This document shows positions 50,760 to 60,853 of a DNA stretch of 60,853 nucleotides, in pieces (within the stretch, counting starts at the first letter, position 1; each line of letters begins with the position of its first letter). The notes under the pieces are model-generated. The model searched no databases, was not told where the DNA came from, and was given only the letters and a program-made list of their open reading frames with translations. Made by a program: the position numbers and the translations under genes. Source of the DNA: Chiloscyllium plagiosum (lineage: Eukaryota); assembly GCF_004010195.1 (NCBI RefSeq), contig NC_057718.1:99869760-99930612 (forward strand). The letters are read 5' to 3'.

Positions 50760-50885
50760 AATGAAGGGCTTATGCCCGAAACGTCGATTCTCCTGCCCCT
50801 CGGATGCTGCTTGACCTGCTGTGCTTTTCCAGTACTACACTATTAACTCTAATCTCCAGCATCTGCAGTCCTCACTTTCACCTGG
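50760..50885 (+). mobile_element. Family A Penelope terminal fragment (5'-truncated within the hammerhead core)
   Basis: ATGAAGGGCTTATGCCCGAAACGTCG...GTCCTCACTTTC; GAAATGA flanks both sides. Confidence 0.75.
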
Positions 50886-51599
50886 GCGAAATGATTTTTG
50901 AAAGAGAGACCTCATCACATCTATAAGGTACAGGGTCGAATACCATAACAAATAGCAACTAGATTAGGCCATTCGGCCCTTCGAGCCTGCTTCACCATTC
51001 AGTAGGATTGTGGCTGATCCAACATTCCTCATGTCCACTTTCCTGCCCTTTCCCTGTAACCCTTGATTCCCTGACTGATCAAGAACCTATCTCAACCTTA
51101 AGTATGCACAAGGACTCTGCTCCCCAGAGCTCTCTCTGTGACAAGGACATTCAACCCTCTGAGAGAAGGAACTCCTCCCCATCTCAGTCTGAAATTGGTG
51201 TCCCTTTATTCTGAGACTGTACCTTCTGGTCCTAGACTCCCCCATGAGGGGGAGACATCCTCTCAACATTGACCCTGTCAACTCCCTTAAGAATCTGATA
51301 TGTTTCAAAGAGGTCACCTCCCATACTTCTAAAATCCAGGGAGTAGAGTTCCAACCTGTTTAACTTTTGCTCCTAAGACAATCCCTCCAAGCCAGGGATC
51401 GTCCTAGTGAACCTTTACTGAGCTCCCTCCAATGAAATGAACTGACCCTGAAGGCTACTGCTTTCAGCGCTGCTCTTGTTGCATCCAGAATATCCATGGT
51501 GGACTGAATGGCCTCTCTCTGAGCTGTAAAGCTTCTATAGTCATGTCGGGCATGACGTTTTCTGATCACACACAAGCGTGACACTCTCCTCTCCCCTAG

Positions 51600-51687
51600 A
51601 AATGCCGTGATGTTTAACAATGACCTGATGGCGGATGTTCACTTTGTTGTGGGACCACAAGGAGGATCCCAGGGTTGGGCAGAGGGG
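51600..51687 (+). CDS. BTBD3: BTBD3-like coding exon 2 (start of BTB domain; 3' boundary uncertain)
   Basis: Acceptor CTCCCCTAG|A; (R)NAVMFNNDLMADVHFVVGPQGGSQ; homology stops at 51672, nearest phase-0 GT is at 51688. Confidence 0.8.
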
Positions 51688-54142
51688 GTGGGGGTCGCCA
51701 TGCAGATTGAGACGGTTATTCAACGAAACATCAGCATGCCTCAATAACCTGCACTCTCTTTGGCCAACTTTCAAACCATTGTCCGTCGTGCTGTGGATGT
51801 GCTTTCCAAAATAAAAATTTATAACCCAGTCAGAAAGGCTGATAGAATGCTGGCCTTTAGATCTCATTTACTAAATTACAAGGGGCATTGCAGAATGGGC
51901 TGCAGGTACACCTGAAGCCCATAGACCTTACCTGGAGTCACTGTCAGTGATTCTGGCCACTCCAAAGAATATTGGGGGCTGTGGACGGAGTACAGTGTAG
52001 ATTGACAGGAATTATCCCAAGAACCAGTAACAATAAGTTACCAGGAAAGAGCAAACACAAACTAGGATTGTTCTTTGTGGAATATAAAAGGTTTAGGGGT
52101 TCATTGAGATATCAATGGAAACAGATTGGGTAGATGGAGCGATACTATTTTACCAGGCTGGGGAGTCTAGGACTGGGGGGTGGAGTCTAAAAGTGGGAAT
52201 GGGATTGCAGTGAAGAAACATTCTCATGCCCAAGGATTGGCAGATGTTTGGAGCTACCTTCCACAAATGGCTAATGATCCTACATCAGTTACTAATGTTA
52301 TAAGCCAGCGATCCTGTTTCTCTTGGTCACCTAAAGATTGTCAGGGATTTGGGGACAAGGCGGGTGGGATTTGGAGTCAGCTCCCAGATCATGCCAGGAT
52401 CTCATTGAATGGTGGAACGATGGGCTGAATGGCCTGCTCTTGTGTCAAAATGCTGCAAGTCTTCCATCAAAGATGTTAGGAACAGTATTTTGAAACAAAG
52501 TGAGGTTTGGTTGTGAAACAAATTCCTTTTCAACTGAACAAACTGTCCAGTGGAAAAACTGTTAAAACTTTGCACAAACTGTTTTCTTAACTGTTTTAAT
52601 GTTGATCATCCAATGATGTTGAAGACCAAAAGGCCAATGCTTGGAAATTATGAAGCTGGGTGAATTTGAATTCTGGCCTAGGATTTGCCCTTGTTGCTGA
52701 TGTTGCTTAGTGTCCCCATGCACCACTGTCCATCCTACCTGCTGACACTTAATTGAGAGTCTAATGATGACCATGAAATTGTTGGGGGCAAAAACCCATC
52801 CGGTTCACTAATACCCTTCAGGGAAGGAAGTCTGCTAACCTTACCTGGTCTGGCCTACACGTGACTCCAGACCCACAGCAATGAGACTGACTCTTACTCA
52901 CCCTCTGGGCAATTAGGGATGGGCAATAAATGTTGGCGATTATCCACAATCCATGGATGAATTAAAAAAAAAACTTCAAACAGAACTGGGCCCCGTACCC
53001 CGTACGGTAGACTTGCAGCATTTTATGTTACAAAACTCTCATGGGGACACGAGCAAGCCATTCAGCCCATCGTTCCCAGGCAAGAGAGATTGGCCCAGGA
53101 GGAAGTACAATGTAGGTTTACAAGAATGATAACTCCAGAAGGTCAGGTATGAGGAGAAGTTGTACAAATTTAGCCTGTTTCCTCCAGAATTTAATGTTTG
53201 ACGAGTGGTCTGATCAAGTCTTCAAAATATTAACAGGCAAGGACAGGATAGATATTTCTACAGGCTAGGGATTCTAGAGCTAGGGACATTGTCTGAGAAT
53301 CAGACCGTTCAGGAGAGATGTGAGGCAGCACTTCTACACACACAGGGTAGGCGAGGTTTGGAACTCTCTTCCACAAATGGCAGTGGATTCTGGATCAGTG
53401 GTTAATTTTAAATCTGAGGTGGATAATATTTGAAGCAAAGGTATTATAGTCTGTGGGCCAAAGGAAGGTTACATGGAATTAGGCTACAGATCAATCAGAA
53501 TTTCATTGGATGGCAGAACAGGCCAACTGAGTGGCCTACTCCTGTTCCTGCGTTCCAATGTTTACAGCAAGGATAGATTGTTCCTTCCATTAACTGAGAA
53601 TTTCAGAGGAGAATTAACTGGTCAGTCATTATGAAAGCAATAAATGCATTAACTCCAGTACTCTGCCCACTGACCCACGCAGGAAAATGTCATTAAGTTT
53701 GCACCCCTGCAGTGTTAGTAATCAGAATGAGATGTATTTCACTCCTGCAATTGGGTGATCATCAACATGGCTTGCCGGATAGGGTCAGTGTTCCTGGGGG
53801 TGTCTTTAGGCTAGTGACAGGGGCTGGAGGGGAAAAAAGGAATGAGCAAATAGGTGGAGACAGCACTCAGAAAGTCAGGCAGACCAAAGGATAGCTGATG
53901 GTAAGCCAGGGAGGACGATGAGCTGACAATGGAGACCTTGAGTAGGTGAAAATGGGCTAGCTGTGTTAAAAGCAGCCCATGTTATCACGGGCCCTGGGGT
54001 ATGGGGGTGGGTAAAGGATGTGGAAGGTGGTGTTCAGGCCCTAAAATTAAAACCGTTGAGTTAGTAAACGCTCCTACTCAAAAAGGCTACTCAAAAAAAA
54101 CTCTCTTCCAAAACTTTAATTTGCTTTATTGTCACAAGAACT

Positions 54143-54181
<39 letters not shown>

Positions 54182-54394
54182 CAGACACGTGTACAAAGTA
54201 CAGTGAAAAGCTTTGTTTATGAGCGGTGCAGGTAGGTCATAGCAGGGATGTAGAGATCAGAGAGACTGAGGCACAGACCTACAGGTTAAATTAGGCAAGA
54301 GCATTGGTGGCAAGGTCAGGATTGTTTGAGGTGAGAGAGGCCAGTCATCGGTCTAGTAATGACTGGGAAGAATCTGTGGAAGGTGTACAAGTTG

Positions 54395-54573
54395 AAAAAA
54401 TGTGTTGCTAGAAAAGCGCAGCAGGTCAGGCAGCATCCCGAAGATTCCCGAAGAAGAGCTTATGCCCGAAATGTCGATTCTCCTGCTCCTTGGATGCTGC
54501 CTGACCTGCTGCGCTTTTCCAGCAACACATTTTTCAGCTCTGATCTCCAGCATCTGCAGTCCTCTCTTTCTCC
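54395..54573. mobile_element. Palindromic Penelope-derived insertion (family A) within a Rex1/Babar-type tail that carries (GATT)n at 54144-54180
   Basis: Perfect 15-bp TSD AAGGTGTACAAGTTG at 54380-54394 and 54574-54588. Confidence 0.85.
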
Positions 54574-54660
54574 AAGGTGTACAAGTTGCCTTGTACACCT
54601 CTGTTAGGTACATAGGGACCTAGGTACAGTTTCTTCAGTTACAGTTCTTAGTAAAATCCA

Positions 54661-54883
54661 TGATTTGGAGGAGCCGGTGTTGGACTGGGGTGTACAAAGT
54701 TAAAAATCACACAACACCAGGTTAGAGTCCAACAGGTTTAATTGGAAGCACTAGATTTCGGAGCGCCGCTCCTTCATCAGGTGGTAGTGTCCACAAATAC
54801 CTGATGAAGGAGCGGCGCTCTGAAAACTAGTGCTTCCAATGAAACCTGTTGGACTATAACCTGGTGTTGTGTGTGATTTTTAA
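54661..54883. mobile_element. Palindromic Penelope-derived insertion (family B) with hammerhead-like cores on both strands
   Basis: ~85-bp inverted arms; CTGATGAAGGAGCGGCGCTC(C/T)GAAA; TSD CTTAG(T/A)AAAATCCA at 54647-54660 and 54884-54897. Confidence 0.85.
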
Positions 54884-55169
54884 CTTAGAAAAATCCAGCA
54901 TTGCAGGTTTTAGGAAGAAAGCAACACTTCAGAACAACAGTTTTCCAACATCAACTGGTGCTAGGTCAGTTGATAACTTGGAATTTGGGAACAATAGAAT
55001 ATTTCTATCTAAAGGGACATAGGACAAAGGCAACTCTCTGAAGGTAGGTCACAGAACAGCCATGAGAAGTTAATTGACCCCCTCCTGTTCCCATGTTGCC
55101 GTGAACCTGTTAGTGTTCGTTCCACTATCTTAGTAGTTGTAACTGGTCTTTCAATCTCCGTCCCTGCAG

Positions 55170-55288
55170 TATGTCCTGGCCGTGGGGAGCTCAGTATTTC
55201 ACGCAATGTTTTACGGGGAATTGGCGGAAGACAAGGATGAAATTCGAATTCCTGATGTCGAACCATGTGCTTTCCTCACCATGCTGAA
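55170..55288 (+). CDS. BTBD3: BTBD3-like coding exon 3 (BTB domain); gene continues beyond the window
   Basis: Acceptor CCCTGCAG|, YVLAVGSSVFHAMFYGELAEDKDEIRIPDVEPCAFLTML(K), donor AA|GTGAGT; 119 nt. Confidence 0.93.
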
Positions 55289-55419
55289 GTGAGTACCTCT
55301 GTCTCTTTCATTATGTATAGAAAAAGCATTTGATGTAGAGGTTTGGTTTGGGAAACAAATGGTGTTGTATATGTGTTGGAAATAATTAAAGCAAAGAATT
55401 TGTTGTGTTGGGCCGACAT

Positions 55420-55760
55420 TTAGAGTCATTGTGTCATACAGAGGGAGGTAGACCCTTCGGTCCAACCAGTCCATACCGACCATAATCCCAAACTAAACTA
55501 TTTCCACCTGCCCCGTTTGGCCCATATCCCTCCAAACTTTTCCTGTTCATGCACTTATCCAAGTGTCTTTTAAACATTGTAACTGTGCCTGCATCCACCA
55601 CTTCCTCAGGCAGTTGATTCCACACACATGAACCATCCTCTGTGTAAAAAGAATTTGCCCCGATGTCTTTTTTTTAAATCTCTCGCCTCTCACATTAAAA
55701 ATGTGTCCCCTAGTCTTGAAATCCCAGAGAAAAGATAACTACCATTAACTCAATCTATCC
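55420..55760 (-). mobile_element. CR1 LINE 3' fragment
   Basis: WNQLPEEVVDAGTVTMFKRHLDK. Confidence 0.85.
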
Positions 55761-56139
55761 CCCTCAATATCATATTATTGGTCACCCACCCTTAATTGCC
55801 TTTGAGAAGCTGTTGGTGAAGCACATTTGGAAGCTACTGCAGTCTATGTGCTGAAGGTAGACCCACAGTGCACTGAGGGAGAGAACTGCAGCATTCTGAC
55901 CCAATGACACTGAAGGAACGGTGATATATTTCCAAGTCAGGATGGATTGGAGGGGAACTTGCAAGGGTGTGGCATTCCCATGTATCTGCTGCCCTTGTCC
56001 TTCTCGATGATAGCGGGTGTGGGCTTGGAAGGTGCTGTCGAAGGAGCCTCAGTGAGTTGCTGTAGTGCATCTTGTAGCTGGCAAACACCGCAGTACAGAC
56101 TGAGCTTTTGTCATTTGTGAAGCAGGAGCTAGTGCCAAT

Positions 56140-56930
56140 ACAAATAACAGTGTAGGAGGTATGATCAGAGAGTTGCAGATGACATGAGTAATAGTGAGAT
56201 ACAGCGAGAGGATGAGCCTTAGACTGCAGGACAATATATGGACAGGATAGTCAGATGGCCTGAAAGTGTGAGGGGATGCATTTTGGGAGGATGAACACGG
56301 TAAGGGTATACCCATTGAATGGTAGGATGCTAGGAAGTACAGAGGATCAATAGGATCTTCCTGTGCATGTCCATAGATACTTGAAAGCAAAAGGACAGGT
56401 AGATAAAGGAGGTTTCCTTCAGTCAATGCATTGAATACAGCAGCTGGGAGGTTATGATGGATCTGTATATAATATTAGTTAGACCACAGCTGGAGTACTG
56501 TGTGCAGCTCCGGTCACCACACTATAGGAAGGATGTGATGGCACTCGTCAGGGTGCAGAGGAGATTCACCAAGATGTTACCCGTACTAGGGTGATTCAGC
56601 TATGAGGAGGGACTAGATAGGCTGGGGTTAATTTCCTAAGAGCAGCAAAGACTAAGGGGAGACCTGACTGAGTTGTACAAAGTTCTGAAGGGCATAGTCA
56701 GGGTCGATGGGGAGAAATGTTTCCCCTTAGTAGAGGGGTCAGTAACTGGGAGATACAAGTAACTTAAGGTTTAGAGGAGATTTGATGATAGTTATTTCCA
56801 CCCAGAGTGTGGTGGGCATCAGGAACTCACTGCCTATAAGGGTGGGAGAGGCAGGAACCCTCAACATTGAAGAGGTATTGATAACTAGTGCGGACATGAT
56901 GGATCGAAGGGCCTCTTTCTGTGCCGTAAA
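56140..56930 (+). mobile_element. Decayed CR1 LINE ORF2 3' half
   Basis: ADD-like remnant, LVRPQLEYCVQ, RVQRRFTKMLP motifs. Confidence 0.75.
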
Positions 56931-57341
56931 AATCCTATGCTTCCAGTATCCTAAGACAAGCAATTTTACAAGGATATACTGTAGGTTAGATTTCAAACAA
57001 AACGTCTTGCTGTATCTAAATTAGATTACATTACAGCGTGGAAACAGGCCCTTCGGCCCAACAAGTCCACACCGACCCGCCGAAGCGCAACCCACCCATG
57101 CCCTTACATTTACCCCTTACCTAACACTATGGAATGTCTTCTAATATTTTGGACTGTGAAGGGAAACACAGTCTTACCCTCTGTCCTAAGCATTCAGCTC
57201 CCCAACCCAGTATAAGGCACTTATTATAATTCACACTGTGGCACAGTGCCATTATTGTATCCTGCAATGTGATCATTCCACGAAGGAATCAAAATGGGAG
57301 CGATCATTTCCAACGCGAGCACTTCCTTTGTGTAAAATGAG

Positions 57342-57453
57342 GTTGAGTCTGAGGGTAGCTGTTTGGCTGACAGAGCTGGGTTGTCAGCGCAGTGTGTGTT
57401 GAGTCTGAGGGTAGCTGCTTGGCTGACAGAGCTGGGTTGTCAGCGCAGTGTGT
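57342..57453. repeat. 56-bp direct tandem duplication (2 copies, 1 mismatch)
   Basis: Units start at 57342 and 57398. Confidence 0.9.
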
Positions 57454-58127
57454 GTGTGCCTGTGAAGGTGTATTTTCTTCTGCCATCAGCGATAATAACA
57501 GCAACAGACTTAACATGTCACCACGTCAACTATACTGAATCCTCCAGGCCCGATACTGACCTTGACACAGTACGGTTTCTGCTCCAGGTTTGTTCTATTT
57601 CCAGGTTAATACAGTCGAGAAACCACATAGCTTTACCATTTCATGGGAGTGCAGTCTCCACAGTGGTCACACATTGATCACTCGTAATGCTAAAGATTTC
57701 TACCAGGAACCACTCTGCCTGACTTTTCTGAAATTCTCCACAAACTGGAAGACTGAAGTAACTGAGGAACACCAATGACTGTACAACACACTTGCATTAA
57801 CACTCACAATTCGATGGACTGTAAAAAATATAATCTTATTTCAGTAAATTGCAAGAAAGAAAGGCTTGCATCAGTCACAATTAGTCTCAATATGAATTTT
57901 AATCTGAATGCTAGATACATTTTCAGATAGTAATGGGGATTGACAGGAACCTGTCTGTAGCTCTGGCAGGAGATAGATCACAATCACATGTTTATTGCCC
58001 CAATAATCATAGAATCCGGTGATTATGGGGTCAGTACACATGTGATTGTGATTCCATAATGGCTACATTATTTCATTGACCATTGCTCACCACCCGACTA
58101 GAAGGTTGTGGATGAGGGGACAGAAAA

Positions 58128-58460
58128 GGTTTACCAGGATGTTGCCTGGAATGGGGGGATTTTAGCTGTGAAGAAAGATTGCACAGACTGGGTTTGTTTT
58201 CACTGGAATGCAGCAGGTTGAGGGGCGACCTGATAGAAGTTTATAAGATTGTGAATGGTGTGGATAGAGTGGAAAATATGAGGCTTTTTCCCAGGTTGAA
58301 GGGAGCAATTGCTACGGGACACAGAGTCAAGGTGCAGGGGTCGGGGAGGGGGATGTTTAAAAGAGATGTGCGAGGCAGGGTTTTCACACAAAGGGTGGTG
58401 AGTGCCTGGAACCTGCAGCATTCAAGAAGCACCTGGACGAATACATGAATAAGAAGGGAG
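58128..58460 (+). mobile_element. CR1 LINE 3' fragment followed by a partial minus-strand HE1 SINE (58461-58600)
   Basis: RLGLFSLECSRLRGDLIEVYKIVNG...FTQRVVSAWN. Confidence 0.85.
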
Positions 58461-59607
58461 TAGATTAGATTACCTACAGTGTGGAAACAGGCCCTTTGGC
58501 CCAACAAGTCCATACTGACCCTCCAAAGAGCAACCCACCCAGACCCATTCTCTTACACCTAACACTACAGGCAATTTAGCATGGTCAATTCACCTAACCT
58601 GGGATACAGATCCTGTAAGGGAAGACCGTTTTAGTATGGAAGGACAAAATGTGTCAGCGCTGTTCCTGTGCTGTATTGTACTTTGTATTGTTAAAATGAG
58701 ACAAGAAGTCAAAGCTGTTTGTCTTAGACTCACCGGGACTGGGATGCTGCAAGACCTGCTGAGCTTTCCAGCAATTTCTGATTTTGTTACCAATTTAGGA
58801 TTAATAGTCAGGTTCACAGCATGACTTTCTTTCTTTCACCGCTCTACTTAAGGGTTTTTTTCTGGGCTTTGGGGGCTACTTTTACATTCTCTCAAACTCC
58901 TTTAGGAGATGCATTTCCACAGTAATGTTACCTTCTGCATTTGTGTGGACAAGTGTGATATTTGGACTCTCCGCCTGAAGCAGAATTAATCAATATCCTC
59001 AATAATTAACAACCCTCCTTTAAAACGTGAAGCCACAGCACACAAGGAAAGCTTTGAATTCTCAGACATTCCAGTATTAAAATTGGATCAGGCAAAAGTC
59101 AAAGTTAGCAACAAAGTTTTTTTTTCAAAATAACTGACACACTTCTACAGACAAAAAGGCCATCACCCTAAACCCAACTTCTGGACTGGTGAGTTCACAG
59201 GTAATGCATTTCTATCACACGTATGCTAAATGGGAAGTTCTTAACTAGATAGTTATACTTTTTTTTAAACTGCATCTCAGATCTCATTTCCCAATTCAAA
59301 TTTCTTACCATTGGACACATTGCCCATTGCCGGTGTCCACTATGTCTTTCCCGTGTGGTAGCTCCTGAACATCTGCAGCCTTAAACTTGAGTTTCCACAT
59401 TAATTTGTGAGAAATGCATCACTTCAACAATTTGAAGATTTTTTAATTATTAGCCAGTGGAGTGTTGACTTTGTTGACAAATTTATAATTTTCCCTCTTT
59501 CTTTCCCTCTAACTGCCCCAATATTCTAGGTTTGGATTTTGTTTTTGTCCACCAGAGAGGGAAGGTGAGGTCTTGGTTTAATGCCCCATCAGAGAACTCT
59601 CCACCGT

Positions 59608-59935
59608 AGGGCAGCACGGTGGCCCAATGGTTAGCACCGCTGCCTCCACCAGGGACCTGAGTTTGATTCCAGCCTTGAGCGAATGTCTGTGTGGAGTTTG
59701 CACATTCTCCCCGTGTCTCTGTGGGTTTCCTCTAGGCGCTCCAGTTTTGCCCCACAAGCCAAAAACGTGCAGGTTAGGATGGATTGACCATGCTAAATTG
59801 TCCATAGTGTCCAGGGACGTGTAGGTTAGCCATGAGTAATGCAGGGTAACAGGGATGGGCTTGGGTCTGGGTGGGATGTTCTTCAGAGGGTTGGTGTGGA
59901 CTCAGTGGGACAAATGGCCTGCTTCTACAATAGTG
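59608..59935 (+). mobile_element. HE1-like V-SINE
   Basis: tRNA head, V-domain, tail. Confidence 0.82.
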
Positions 59936-60284
59936 ATGCACTCTCAGTCCTGCATCAGCTACAGTGACCTGGACAGAGATGATGCTCAAGTCTTTAGAAT
60001 GGGACTTGTACCCACAACCTCATGTCTCAAGGGATGCCACTGCCTGAGCAATGGTTGACAGTGTAATAATAACAACTGGCATTAAAATAGGATCTTTAAA
60101 GCAGAAAAGTCCTTCCGAAGTGTTTAACACTGACTCAATGGAAAAGCAAGATTCCTAAAGTGGGGCTTGAACCTCTGACTCTGAAACCAAGCTGCCAAGA
60201 AAATGTTTGTTTCCCGATTACCAAGATTGATATTAGGCTGTGGAAAAGGTGGACTTCCTCATTTGCTTCAGGTGTTATAGAGTC

Positions 60285-60592
60285 ATAGTACATAGAGTCA
60301 TACAGCATGGGAACAGACCCTTCGGTCCAACCAATCCGTGCCAAACATAGTCCCAAACTAAACTAGCCCCACCTGCCTGCTCCTGGCCTATATCCCTCCA
60401 AACATTTCTTATTCATCTACTTATCCAAATGTCTTTTAATCATTGTAATTGTACCCACATCCACCGCTTCCTCAGGAAGTTCATTCCATACAGGAACCAC
60501 TCTGTTTAAAAAAATTGCCCCTCATGTCTTTTTTAAACTCTCTCCTCTCGCCTTGAAAAGATGCCCCCTAGTTTTGAACCCCCCACCCTAGG
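60285..60592 (-). mobile_element. CR1 LINE 3' fragment
   Basis: Conserved CR1 tail with (CATAGAGT)n terminus. Confidence 0.85.
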
Positions 60593-60651
60593 GTTTGTGG
60601 AATTTGTGCCCTGACATTGCAGAGCAGGAAACGATACTTAAAATAGTGCGG

Positions 60652-60678
60652 GCACACACACACACACTCACACTCACA

Positions 60679-60722
<44 letters not shown>

Positions 60723-60853
60723 CTCACACTCACACACACACCTACACAAACACTCTCACTCACATTCACACACACTCTCATTCACATACACACAATCACA
60801 CACACTCTCACTCACACACACTCACTCACACTCACACACACACACACTCTCAC
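60652..60853. repeat. (CA)n/(CTCACT)n microsatellite
   Basis: Direct. Confidence 0.95.

Noticed and set aside
55289..60853. Search for the BTBD3 terminal exon (YIYCDEI..., BACK/PHR domains)
   Set aside because: No matching peptide seen; presumably lies beyond the window end

Overview
Eukaryotic, repeat-dominated genomic DNA, most likely from a cartilaginous fish (shark). That assignment is inferred from abundant HE1-type tRNA/V-SINEs and their partner CR1 (HER1-like) LINEs. The only host gene I can support is a BTBD3-like BTB/POZ gene on the + strand, with coding exons at 47799-48091, 51600-~51687 and 55170-55288. Its large terminal BACK/PHR exon is not found in the window, and the 3' end of exon 2 is abnormal (the conserved RLPGHK|GT is missing). 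The rest comprises a 2.9-kb 24-bp minisatellite, microsatellites, CR1, Rex1/Babar and SINE fragments, a Tigger-like MITE, a decayed Gypsy gag, and many Penelope-like element (PLE) pieces. Two structures stand out. First, at least three sequence families of minimal hammerhead-ribozyme motifs are carried by PLE termini, many arranged as short TSD-flanked palindromic insertions with back-to-back ribozyme cores. Second, there are two local inverted duplications (323-bp arms at ~98% identity, and ~750-bp older arms). Most ORFs in the supplied track are spurious translations of repeats. Coordinates of old repeats are approximate.
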